The notes: generated by a model from the sequence alone, not told the origin. 24,483 nt of DNA from Ginkgo biloba (GCA_024626585.2 JANKJI020000004.1:137560428-137584910); one strand, 5' to 3'; numbered from the stretch's first letter, positions 11,691-23,166 are shown. A program made the numbers and translations.

Positions 11691-12929
11691 ATGGTTTGAC
11701 TCACTTCAACTCTAACTCTCCTTTCCACCATTAAAACACTCATACCCACCATTCAAGGTTCAAATCCATTGCCCTACACTTTAATTATGTCATTGAATGG
11801 CTCCCATAGCTCTATTCATAACTCAAGTTCTTTAAATCCACTGTTTGACCCTTTAAAACCCTTAGCAAGCTCGATATAAGATTTAAATCCAACAACCACT
11901 ATCATTTTACACCATTGAATGGATCCTAAAACTCTATTCACGACTCCAATGCTTCAAATCCATGACATTCCATCTATCCTTCAAACCTAGATAGCATTGT
12001 CACTCACCAACCAAGGGAACCACCCATCTAATGGAAAAACCCACTATGCTCCCTAGCGAATCCACCACTTCAATTCTAGAACCCTTTCTCCAACACTACT
12101 CTTGGATTTTAATCTTGAAATCGAACGGGTAGGAATGGTTAGGGTTCTAGCATCCATTTTCATCTCCAATGAATGAATTAGGTGAGGAATTCACTCAGAA
12201 ATGGATCTTAGTCATTAAATGCATTACAGGAACCTCCTAGGGCTTCATTCTTCTCTCCCACATCTTCCTCAATTGCTTGGTAGTTGGTAGGTATAAAATA
12301 GGCTAATTTACACTTTAAATCAATTAAGGGCATCTCCCCAACATTGGCATCTAGTGTAACTCATCTAACAAGGCTCTTCTTCAATCTCTATAGCGTTTTA
12401 TTTTATACATTAAAATCCATGTTAGTGTCATTCCTCCCCAACTCATGTCGACCAACCCCTTTCAATCCTCTAATGCATGTCGTTCATCATCTCTTCTTAT
12501 CAATGTTGCCCAACGCTTGTCTCTGCCAATGCATTTTGGTCAACCTTACACCTTACCAATGATGTCGGTATGTCACTTATCTCTATTGATGATGTCATCT
12601 AACCCTTATCACTCTGTCGATGAATGTTATTCACTCGATATTATCTTGTTGACGATGCCAATCTCCTTTGCTTTTCCCACCAACACATGTCAATTTACAC
12701 TATCGTTGGCCAATAATGTTGATCGCCTGATATTATCCCACCAATGATGTCAACCACTAACACACCTTCACTAACGATGTTAATTTTCCAAAATCATTCC
12801 ACCAATACATCTTCACTGCAAAATGTTTTTGGCCTGCCAAAATAAGATAATTTTCCAATAAAATAATTACTTTTCCATCTGATGCCAAAACTAGGCACAA
12901 TGTCGGTATTCCATCATGATGATCCTACA

Positions 12930-12942
12930 TCATCCTCCCCTT
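12930..12942 (-). promoter_or_regulatory. Polypurine tract of the LTR element
   Basis: The minus strand reads AAGGGGAGGATGA immediately before TGTAGG. Confidence 0.8.
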
Positions 12943-13632
12943 ATTACAAAAAAGCATGAGATCTTGCTCATGTGCCACTTCTTATCTTCTAATCCAAAAC
13001 TCATCTGATGGCTTCTGTCACATCCTCTGTTGTAACCACATGTCTTTGTTGACATGGTTGCTTTATGCAATCTTCCATGGCTTCTTTCATCAAGCGACTC
13101 TTCTCTTGTTGGTTTTCCATTTAGTGGAAAACTTCTTGCTTGTGCCTTCACTCTCCACTGCCTCCTCACTACATTTGGCTCTTTCTTAGTCTTCTCAAGA
13201 AGCTTTTCCCCTCTCTTTGCTACAACCAATGCATATCGTGCTCCTGTCAAGAACACACTCCTTATAGGTTACTTTCCTGACAAAGTTGACTATGATGATT
13301 CTATCTTTTCTCCTCCATGATTACCCTTCAATTATTTAGTTAATGTGGCCACTACACCCTACTTAGGATGCATTGGTTCTTCATTCTTTGATTCCATTTC
13401 CATATCATGGTCTACAACTAGTGGGACCCCATCATCTAAAGGCACCTTCAAGGTCTTCAANNNNNNNNNNNNNNNNNNNNNNNNNNNNNNNNNNNNNNNN
13501 NNNNNNNNNNNNNNNNNNNNNNNNNNNNNNNNNNNNNNNNNNNNNNNNNNNNNNNNNNTTTAATGTTGATTTATATGTTGACCTACTCAACAAAACCCTA
13601 TATTTTTTCTCTTTTCCATGAGTTGTTCCTTA

Positions 13633-13644
13633 GCTCGGATACCA
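13633..13644 (-). promoter_or_regulatory. Primer-binding site (tRNA-iMet type)
   Basis: The minus strand reads ATCA-GG-TGGTATCCGAGC, one mismatch from the canonical TGGTATCAGAGC, 2 nt after an LTR-terminal CA. Confidence 0.85.
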
Positions 13645-16199
13645 CCTGATGGCGAAAGGCAAGAGATGACACTCATCTTGGGCCCCTAATATTCTTTGTG
13701 AAAATTGTTATGTCTGACATCGATCACCCACCGCCAACGTCGGTGATCCCTAAATGTCATCAGACGTCAATTTTTTCTAGAATGATGTTGACACCTACTC
13801 ACCACCATCGATGTTGTCAGTGATCTATTCACTCTAGGTGGTTGCCACATCGCTCCTCTAGGATCTTTGCATATAGGCCACATCGACGACATTGATAAAC
13901 TCTTAAATCATCACGTTCACGATCACTCAACCAACACCCATAGGTATTTAAACACACAAACACTTGCATATGAATAATTCAAATGACACACAAAATGAAA
14001 CATTTATGCACAATGAACATATCACAATAATAAATAGATATTTCAACTGGAGAAACCCTTAAGCGGAATAAAACTATAGATCTATTACAACAAGATAATT
14101 TTGTTGATTACAATAACCTCCATGGCTCTTTGTCACTGTCAAAGGGCCATTACATGTAAAATCAAGCAATGTTTACTAGGGCCACTACCCACTATAAATA
14201 GAGTTGCCTCTCTTAGTGATTCAACTCAGTTATCATCATATTATGGCTTTAGAAAACTCCTCAATGCCTCTAGTTCATATTTTAGGATGGTATTCCACAT
14301 CCTCTCTCTCTTGAGCTACCTTTCTCGGTGGTCTTCTCAATTTTCACTATTCTCTATCTTTGACGGACTCACTCGATGCCTCTAGGTATGCACATGTGAC
14401 CCTCCTATTGCTCACTAATGTTCTTTGGATTTCATGCATATCGTTACACCCACACAAGCTTGGCACCCAATTTCCTTTCATGTTAGGTTAACTCCCTTTA
14501 ACTTTAACTCTCCTTTCCACCATTAAAACACTCACACCCACCATTCAAGGTTCAAATCCACTACCCTGCACTTCAATTCCATTGTCGAATGGCTCCCACA
14601 ACTCTATTTATATCTCTAGTGCTTCAAATCCACCATTCGACACTTCAAAACCCTTGGCAAGATCAATCCAAGGTTCAGAGATAATGCCCACTCGCATTTT
14701 TCACCATTGAATGGATCCCATAGCTCTATTCATGTCTCTAATGCTTCAAATCCATTATGCTCCATCTATCCTTCAAACCTGGCGAGCGCTATCACTCACC
14801 AACTAGGGGAACCACCCACCTGATGGTAGAACCCATTGTGCTCACCAGTGGATCCACCCCTCTGATGGTGGAACCCCCTTTTTCCATCTCTTCTCTAGTA
14901 TTTTGTGCTTANNNNNNNNNNNNNNNNNNNNNNNNNNNNNNNNNNNNNNNNNNNNNNNNNNNNNNNNNNNNNGGAATTCACTCTATAATGGATCTTATTC
15001 ATAAAATACAATGCAATAGTCTCCTAGGGATTCATTCTTCTCTCTCATATCTTCCTCAGTCGCCTAGTAGTTATAGTCATAAATGCACCTTCTAGTTCAT
15101 CCACTTGAACGTTGGAAAATAGGCCAATTTACACTTTATATCAACTAAGGGCATCTCCTCCATGTTGGCCTCTAACGTAACTCATTCGATAAGGCTCTTT
15201 TCAGTCTCTAAGGCTTTTAATTTTATACATTAAANNNNNNNNNNNNNNNNNNNNNNNNNNNNNNNNNNNNNNNNNNNNNNNNNNNNNNNNNNNNNNNNNN
15301 NNNNNNNNNTTCTTGTTATTGTCGCCCAGTGCTTGTGTCTCTATTGACATATGTCGGTCAACCTTGCACATCATCGATGATGTTGATCTGTCATTTATCT
15401 CCACCGACGATGTTGGCCAACCCTTATCACTCCACCGATGAATGTCAGTCACCCGATATTAGCTTGCTGACGATGTCAGTCTCCTTTGCTTTCCCCACTA
15501 ATGCATATTAGTTTACATTATCGCTAGCTGACGATATCGATCGTTCGATATTATACTGTTGATGATATCGACTACTAATTCACCTTCATCGACAATGTCA
15601 ATTTTCCAAAATTATTCCATCGACATAGCTTCACCATAAAATGTTGTAGGCCTACCAAATGATGAGTGGTAATCTCATCATCATAAATAGAGAGCGAGTC
15701 CAAGAGAAGTAAAACAATGNNNNNNNNNNNNNNNNNNNNNNNNNNNNAGAACCCCGATCCCAATACTTTCTTATCCGGTTATGTTTCCTATGCTTTTATG
15801 TAAATTAGCTACTGATCCTTGGATGACTGGGAATTGTCTACCAGTCACCAAAAGATTGGTATCCTCTTTATAACATCATTTTTGTATCTACCAACCTTCA
15901 GAGACCGATATTTCTAGTTTTGTATTACTTTATACTTTCCAATCTTTGAAGGACTGGTAGCTCCAATTCTATGTGACATTGTATTTCCTAGTCCCTCACG
16001 AACCAGTATTTTTAATTTCTATGTTACTGNNNNNNNNNNNNNNNNNNNNNNNNNNNNNNNNNNNNNNNNNNNNNNNNNNNNNNNNNNNNNNNNNNNNNNN
16101 NNNNNNNNNNNNNNNNNNNNNNNNNNNNNAGCTTTTGGACTTCAGCCATTCTTCAAATCCAAAAACCTAGAAACCCATCAACCTAAAAAATAAAATAAT

Positions 16200-16620
16200 T
16201 GATTTAATTGTATCTGAAGTTGTCCTTTAAGGATATTGAACCTAAATTTAGATGGAGCATCTCAAAAAAATCAGAGATGGGAAAGAGATGGAGGTGCCCT
16301 CTATAGGCAGGATAAGGCAAAATCAATTTGCTTTGCTGAAGGAGTTGGTATAGTTGCTAATAACAAAGTGAGGTTTGCTCGCAATCAAAGGAGTTAAAAA
16401 TCTCTTAATTCAAGGAGACTCCCTATTGGTCTACAAAGCAATGATGGGGGAATTATCACCTAACCAAGTGGGATTGGAGTACATGCTTGAAAAATGTCTA
16501 GTACTACTTCATAATTTTTAATTTTTTTATGTTCAAAGGGAGGAGAATACTCAAGCAGATGTACTAGCAAAAGAAGTGGTTTACAAACCTCTAGGGAATA
16601 TTCTCTTTAAGAATGAATGA
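16200..16620 (+). mobile_element. Decayed RNase H-like (RVT_3) domain of an L1-type LINE 3' end
   Basis: Translation LNLDGAS...GVGIVANNK / GVKNLLIQGDSLLV...YVQREENTQADVLAKE matches plant LINE RNase H motifs (KLNFDGAS, TNN.AE, IEGDS, HV.REGN..AD.LA), with one frameshift and a stop. Confidence 0.8.
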
Positions 16621-16840
16621 AATCATTAAGGTTGGTGGAACTGTGACTATTTTTTCTAATTAAGAATGGAGTGAAGCTAAGAAANNNNNNNNNNNNNNNN
16701 NNNNNNNNNNNNNNNNNNNNNNNNNNNNNNNNNNNNNNNNNNNNNNNNNNNNNNNNNNNNNNNNNNNNNNNNNNNNNNNNNNNNNNNNNTCAAACTGTAA
16801 CATGCTTTTTTGTAATATATATAATACATTTTGTTTAAAA

Positions 16841-16858
16841 AATAATAATAATAATAAT
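16841..16858. repeat. (AAT)6 microsatellite
   Basis: Read directly from the sequence. Confidence 0.9.
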
Positions 16859-16859
16859 A

Positions 16860-18300
16860 TCACAAGAAATTGAACAGTAGATGAACAAGAAAAAGTAACG
16901 AGTCATTAGGTCCATTACCTTTATAAAAAAGATACCTTGCAAGTACATTTGATTTGCTCACTAGTATTTGAAATCATACCACAAAAATATTTCAAAAACA
17001 CCTCTTTCAAAAATGACATAAAACCACCAACAAGCAAACATTTTCTCCAAATTACACCACCAACTTCATATTCTTGATGGAAATATCCAATCATCATAAA
17101 TTTTCTACATCAATAAANNNNNNNNNNNCTTCCAACCCTTGTTTTTATTTTGGTAAGTAGCTCGAAAATACCTACCCCCACCAAATTTGGCAAACAAAGT
17201 TCCCTTCCCTCTTGTGTTCCCAATGAAAATGAGCTAACTCATTGGTATGCGTTATTATACATTATTGTCTAGGCTAATCAATACCTTCATAACCTCCAAT
17301 TTGACTACCATGATCTAATTACAAAAACTCTCTCTAAATCTCTCTATCAAATCTTTCCATAACCCTCCTATTTACTAAATGCCTTACCCAAATCCCACCC
17401 TACATTAGACAACATTACACCCATTGGCTATCCTTGAAATGTATGGGTTGTTCCATACCATTCTCTTACATCAAGAAACGTAGACCAAACATTCAACTTG
17501 TGCCCTATTTTTGTAATAAATCCTTCCATATAGCACTTTCCTCAGAAAACTCTTCCATTGAACTTTTAGAATTCACTTATTGTTTTCCATAAGACGCTTT
17601 TGAATGAATGAAAATTATACCACTAACTAATATTATTTTATCATTAGCAATAACAAGTGTACACCATTATAATGAGGATTAGAGGTCAAAACTATTAAGG
17701 CCAACAACTTTGGTAAAATGACCTCTAATTAAAGACAATTCAGCATGAATAGACACATCTACTCTTGCCATTTCCAAAAAGGTATGATACTTTGTACTTT
17801 AGACTCTAGACATAGTGGGGCAACTGCCTTTTTATAAATTATCTAGATCTACATATGTTGGTAACAAAAACTAGGACTTCAAAGGCCAACCTATGCCAAA
17901 TGANNNNNNNNNNNNNNNNNNNNNNNNNNNNNNNNNNNNNNNNNNNNNNNNNNNNNNNNNNNNNNNNNNNNNNNNNNNNNNNNNNNNNNNNNNNNNNNNN
18001 NNNCCTCTTGGCCCTCTTTTTTTTTTTTTTTTCCCTACTAAGCACCTTTGCATGGAATTTAACTAACATGTAAAATATACAACTGGACCCCATCATTTAG
18101 CTTAGGATTAGTAGCATCCCTCAATGATGAATTTAAGGCTATCCTTAACCCACTCTTCTAGGCCAAATTTGCTAAGTCAGAGCTATAACATTGGACCTTA
18201 TTGACCCTGTCCTCTATATTAGTTGTGGCTGTACCAACTTATCAAGATCCTTACACAAACTTGTGCCATTGTTAGAATGGACATCTGCAACTTACGACTA
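16860..18300 (-). mobile_element. Highly decayed L1-type ORF2 region downstream of the RT core
   Basis: Frameshifted fragments QMSILTM / SLCKDLDKLVQ / LA*KSGLRI and MVWNNPYI, plus Trp-rich stretches, resemble the post-RT region of plant LINEs. Very degenerate. Confidence 0.4.
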
Positions 18301-19247
18301 GAGATCATCATTCCGAGGTTCCAATTTACAGGAAACAAAGTGATCTCTTTAAATTTTATTCCAAGCATTTGGTGAACAGCTGCAATGTTGACCTACATAA
18401 TATTAGTTATTAGCCTTTGCTTTATTAGATCAGGCATAATTCCCAGGCTGTAATGGTTATTTAAAGAATACTTCAAATGTGTTGTATTGTGGTCACTAAA
18501 GTAAGCAGATGATTTACTGATTCAATTGTACCCACCAAAGTGTCTTTAATGTCTATTATAGTCATGTATCCAGAATCTTAAGCTAAGAGAACTGTTTCTC
18601 TCCGCAATACAATCATCCCTCGAAAGCAGGAGCCCCAGATTCTTGAGTGAGTCAGGAATCCATGTCCCAATGTAATGAAAATCCCTGCATGAGAAACAGA
18701 GATCGCTAGTCCCTGTTAAACTGAGCTTTGGTGCCTCAGTTTCTCTCTCTTCCTATCCCAGGTAAAGAGGTCAACTATATACATATAGTCATGTTTGCAG
18801 AGAAAAAAAATCAAAGAGAAAGCATTAATACAAGTAATTACTGCAAGCGCACACAATTTTTTAACACTTAAAGCTGCTTCTGTTAAAAGAATCATGCCCA
18901 AAGGCTAGTATATAGCCACGTGGAGAAATTTTTCCTACTTTCCACATAAGCCTAAGCACTCTGATTGACATAGTTCTTCCACAGAAAACTCTTGCTGTCC
19001 GTATATTACAAAATGGCAGTGGCAAACAGATGTGGACAACAAACATTGATTTAACAATACAAGAAGCATAAATCTTCTTTAAGGAACAAAATTGATGTAG
19101 AATCTGAAGAACTTGGGCATATATTTACAGCATGCCCAACACACATCNNNNNNNNNNNNNNNNNNNNNNNNNNNNNNNNNNNNNNNNNNNNNNNNNNNNN
19201 NNNNNNNNNNNNNNNNNNNNNNNNNNNNNNNNNNNNNNNNNNNNNNN

Positions 19248-20100
19248 GATGTTGTGACATATACTTTTGCCTCCACCACCCTTATAGGGTACTTCATGGA
19301 GAGGCCTCCACCTGAACTCGTCCTGCGTTAATGGATCAAAGAAGCCTGGGAGGCTCATGGGTGGAAGGTGATTTCTATCAGTTACCTCACCAAGGGCTTT
19401 TTTTTTGTTTACCTTTGATACTACTGAGTATGTTAACTAGGTTCTTCTTTGAGGCCTATAGATATACAAATGCAACATGGTTGTGTTAAACAACTAAGCA
19501 GTTGATTTTTCTGTTGAGAATATTGTGTCATATGCATGCCCAATTTGGATTGAGTTTTCTGGACTCTCTCTCTGGTTAGAAAAAATACTCAGGGATATTG
19601 TAGCACCCATTAACAAATTTATTTTCCATGAGCCTCATAAGATGTACAACCCCCATCCTGACAAAAGAATTTGTATGCAGGTAGACCTATCTAAAATGCT
19701 TCCTTTGAAAGTTATCATGTCCTCTAAAAATGGCAGACAACTTCGTCAACTCGTCGGATATTTAAATATTCTTAATACCTACTTATGTTGCTAAATCTCA
19801 AAGCATATGATCAAACACTGCCTCCTGATGGCCAAGTTTGGGCCATAAACCCCAACTCCTGCTCTAATGAATGAACCAATTAAAAATAAAAATAACAATG
19901 GGACCAAAACCTCCTCGGATGCCTCAGAAGATAAGGGATGGCAAGTAGTAAAATCTAAGGGTAAAGTGCTTACTAGCAAGGATAGTACGCCTACATGTCA
20001 ACCCGCACTATTTAGTGTCCCAAAAAAGAATGTCGTTCCAGGAAAAACAACAATCCAAAGCGCCAAGGGGGCCCGCAGATTGGTCTAGTTGCCAGAAATG
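19248..20100 (+). mobile_element. Decayed L1-type LINE ORF1 (DUF4283-like domain plus zinc knuckle)
   Basis: Hand translation: TLIGYFMERPPPELVLR*WIKEAW...KGFF/FTF...CPIWIEFSGLSL...RICMQVDLSKMLPLKV...Y(C)LCC*ISKHMIKHC. The last part has CX2CX4HX4C spacing with the first Cys mutated, and is followed by a low-complexity tail containing GWQVVKSK. Stops and a frameshift are present. Confidence 0.85.
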
Positions 20101-20415
20101 CTTCTACTAGGGAAAAGCATATCCCAAACCAAATTATTCATACACTGACATGCTCTCAAAAAAGAAGACATTTCTTGCAAATCGAACATTTATTCTTATG
20201 ATAGTAGAGGACTTGATAACATACAGTAGATATTGAGTCACTGAACATGCCCATATTGCCCTGGATTACAAATGGCAGCAGAGAGATGCCATATGTTATT
20301 TGCCTCTAAATAATGCACGGCTTTCAGTAAACGAAAGGTGGCCTGCTGCCAAGGTGTTCATGAATCTTCTTGAGACATATGGTACTGTGACATGAATAGA
20401 CCTTTAGCCATATGC

Positions 20416-21390
20416 TTAACCTGTTTGAGTATATGTTGAACTCTTTGGCATCATGCCAAGATGCATAAGTGCATTCGCTGCATATCTACGAGCCTCGGCA
20501 TTTCCTGTTGCCATGGTTGTGTATAATGCTGACTTGGCAATCTCTGCATATTTTCGATCTCTATATTTCCTACATTTATAGATTCTTTCTAACATCATCA
20601 CAGCTTTTTCAGTTAAAATTTCATTCTTTCCCACAACTTGAACAAGCAAACTAATAATATCACTTTTCATCAGATAATCAACTCCTTTTCCCCTATTATC
20701 TTCACTTTCAACCAGAGTGAACAGAGCTTCAATTGCCCGCAGTGCACTTCGGTACCCACCATCCCTTATCATATTGATGAGATGAGAGGTAGCTTCAGAT
20801 TCTACAAGGCAAAGAGATCCTTTTGAACTACATTTGCCAGCATGTACCTTGCAGATTTTATACTTTGTTAAACCCAGCCTGGCAAGAAGTTTCTTGAAAA
20901 AGGACTGCCTTTCAGTCAAACTTGGTGTTTGCATGGATAAATGTCCAAGCGTAACTGCTGCATGTTGTTTCGCCCGCTCTGAGCCAGTTCGCACCAGATC
21001 AATAAGCAGAGGAATCATTCCCAGTTTTGCCAGATTCAACAGGACATTCTTGTCTAGGAGGGTGTGATCAGTTAGTTTTGATAGTACTACTGCAGCGCAC
21101 TCTTTCATTTTAGGTGTACCTGTTCTTAAAGAGTCCATGGAAACCTCCAACAGATGACTTTCTGAAACCATGAGGTGTTTGGTTTCATCAATTTTTGCAA
21201 GTGCTGACAAAATACCTAAAATAGCCTCTCTCTCATCTAAAGACATTGGATCTTCCAGAAGCCGAACAAAAAAGTTTACCATGTTTTGAGAAACTGCAAT
21301 TGCCTGGCGAGTGATGCGATCTTCAGCAAGATGACAAAGAAGACTAAAAGTAGGCGGAAGAGGATGAGGTTGGGTGGTGGACACTATGGG
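20416..21390 (-). CDS. PUB43/PUB44-like: C-terminal exon segment of a plant U-box/ARM-repeat protein, PUB43/PUB44 (SAUL1)-like E3 ligase
   Basis: Stop-free 322-codon ORF with ARM-repeat helices (LRTGTPKMKECAAVVLSKLTD; GMIPLLIDLVRTGSERAKQHAAVTLGHLS). It has the SAUL1-type motif CKVHAGKCSSKGSLCLVE (recalled SAUL1: CKIHQGICSLRETFCLVE) and the end GNAEARRYAANALMHLGMMPKSSTY (cf. ADFRTRQIAENALKHIDKIPNFSS). The GTG at 21384 is not a real start; coding-like sequence runs to about 21390 and abuts an insertion. Confidence 0.9.
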   Translation of the reverse strand, partial: PIVSTTQPHPLPPTFSLLCHLAEDRITRQAIAVSQNMVNFFVRLLEDPMSLDEREAILGILSALAKIDETKHLMVSESHLLEVSMDSLRTGTPKMKECAAVVLSKLTDHTLLDKNVLLNLAKLGMIPLLIDLVRTGSERAKQHAAVTLGHLSMQTPSLTERQSFFKKLLARLGLTKYKICKVHAGKCSSKGSLCLVESEATSHLINMIRDGGYRSALRAIEALFTLVESEDNRGKGVDYLMKSDIISLLVQVVGKNEILTEKAVMMLERIYKCRKYRDRKYAEIAKSALYTTMATGNAEARRYAANALMHLGMMPKSSTYTQTG

Positions 21391-22022
21391 TGTTACAATT
21401 CATGCACTCCTTGATTAAAAACTTGATTATATGAGGGAAAGGAATGGATGGAATTGGAAGAAAATTTGGAGTCTATCGTGGAGAATGCAATGAATCTTTA
21501 TTCTCCTTCTTGTGAGTATGTTGGGTTGTTCCCTTCTCTAGGTGATCTGCCGCCAAGGGCAATGACGAGAGAGGAATTGGATGAATTTGGCTAGAAATAG
21601 GAGCTTTACAATGGAAGACAGATGAAGGCTCTTTTTTTCATTTGATGATAGATTCATCCATTACTTTCCAAATGCATTTTTGCATGTCCTATCCCATTGT
21701 GAGGAGAAGTAGAGGGATTATCATTTCTTGCTAAATGATGGAGTACACTAGAGCCACAGAGTAGGAAGGACATGTGGTATGTGATGGCTTCTCGCTTACA
21801 TAGGAGTCCTGGGCAATCATGGAGAAGATGATCTTGAGAAGAAAAAATAGATGCCCTCCCAAAGGGGACGTTGGTCAGTTAGACTGATGGCATCCCCATG
21901 CTTAGTGGTTTCAAGACCCTCCTTTAACCTTATTTTCTCCTTTGATATAATGTAACATATCCATGGGCTGAAATGTTTGGGGATACTTTAGAGATGAAGT
22001 ACATCTGATGTACACCCTTCTT
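21391..22022. mobile_element. LTR-like insertion (possible solo LTR) abutting the PUB coding sequence
   Basis: Begins TGTTACA exactly where coding similarity stops and is non-coding. Candidate ends are TGTAACA at 21957 (perfect 7-bp inverted terminus), CA at 21963 followed by TGGG (matching TGGG at 21387-21390), or AATAAAATCTTTTACA at 22022. The right boundary is unresolved. Confidence 0.55.
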
Positions 22023-22464
22023 AATGAATAAAATCTTTTACAATATGCTTTACTAAGTTCCAATCTCTAAAGTGCTCTTTGATTATGTAAAACGCCTTAT
22101 CAACAATACCTTATGCTATTTGGTTGTCTCAAATTTATTTCACGTATTACACATATGGAATTATTTCTTACACTTANNNNNNNNNNNNNNNNNNNNNNNN
22201 NNNNNNNNNNNNNNNNNNNNNNNNNNNNNNNNNNNNNNNNNNNNNNNNNNNNNNNNNNNNNNNNNNNNNNNNNNNNAAATATGGTCTTAAAAATTGGCCC
22301 TATTCAATGGTCGAGTTTGGGACCAAACTTTTCAATGTTTTTCTAAGGTCCCCTTTGCGATGTCTAAGGCCAACACCCCTAACAAACGTTCGAACTCTAC
22401 AACTCAGAAGGACCATATGATCTATTTTTGGTTTGAAATCTTACAGTCCTATGATTTTCTATTA

Positions 22465-22820
22465 AAAAAAGTGCCTAGCACAAAAATTTGCTTGAGTCAC
22501 GAAGAAGTCACCAAATCGCAAGAATGTGCCCATTTTGCAAAGAAGCAACAAAATGATGTGACATGGTCAAAGTGATGCAACAAGTGCCAAGCAATGCTAA
22601 AGATTCACTGCCGCATGAAAGTGCCTAAGTCACATGAAAAAAACAATATCACGAACAATAGCCAAAAGGCAACAATATCGTCAAAGTGACACAAGTGCCA
22701 AGCGACGCCAAATATGCATTGTTGCAAAAGATTACCTAAGTTGCGAGAAATTACCAAAAAGATGCAACATGACAAAAAGGTTGTGAAATGGAAAAAGTCA
22801 GCGAATGGACGAGATTACCT
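22465..22820. repeat. Degenerate tandem repeat, period about 111-114 bp, 2-3 copies
   Basis: gtcaaagtga occurs at 22566 and 22680; acaagtgccaagc at about 22580 and 22691; aagtgccta and agattacct motifs recur. Confidence 0.65.
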
Positions 22821-22878
22821 CCATTGAGATCAATGGTGCAGATAGATTCTGTCATTTCCAACTGCAAAGCTTCATCGC
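22819..22878 (-). CDS. PUB43/PUB44-like: Start of the next PUB/ARM exon (truncated, or a 60-nt exon)
   Basis: Acceptor ttatttgcag| at 22879/22878 is in phase with the 23166 donor (288-nt intron) and gives LISG-DEALQLEMTESICTIDLNG (cf. SAUL1 LLEGSPETKLSMASFLGELPLNN). Similarity ends at about 22819, where a possible donor G|GTAATC and a repeat begin. Confidence 0.7.
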
Positions 22879-23166
22879 CTGCAAATAAGATAATGCTTAG
22901 CAATATTTTTTGTCCAAACACCTTTAAAGTTCCACGCACCACACAATGCTTCATTAGCAAGTTCCCACTCCCAATATGGATCAAATTAACAGTATTACCA
23001 TAAGAAAACTCTCTTGACCACAAACAAAACACATGCTTATTTAATATATTTCAGGCGAGGGTAGGTCAAGATGGGACACCAAGGTGAGATGTTTGGCAAG
23101 CTTACACAAGGAAAACATTCATTGAGTTCACAAAATTCAAGGTGATATTTGGTTTGAAAAGCTTAC

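Larger units (their letters stand above)
11693..15660 (-). mobile_element. LTR retrotransposon with two diverged LTRs and a very short internal region (non-autonomous or internally deleted)
   Basis: Direct repeat 11693-12843 vs about 14485-15660 (about 23 mismatches in the first 140 nt by hand count, mostly transitions). The 5' LTR ends ...ATCA at 13647 next to a PBS, and the 3' LTR starts TGTAGG at 12929 after a PPT. Both outer ends are truncated. Confidence 0.85.

Noticed and set aside
12344-12747. Short ORFs within LTR repeats (also 15201-15511 and 23968-24225)
   Set aside because: They arise from low-complexity LTR sub-repeats; for the 12344/15201 LTR pair the reading frames are not clearly conserved between copies.
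18980-20300. Similar motif attaca(a)aatggcag...agatg on both sides of the LINE ORF1 fragment
   Set aside because: Too short, too diverged and not adjacent to the element ends, so it cannot be called a target-site duplication.
20469-21067. Plus-strand ORFs overlapping the PUB exon (also 23142-23501, 22788-23003 and the out-of-frame minus ORF 23185-23403)
   Set aside because: These are antisense or alternative-frame shadows of a real coding exon, with no recognisable motifs.
2498-22420. Many ORF-track entries containing X runs
   Set aside because: They are artefacts of translating through N gaps.
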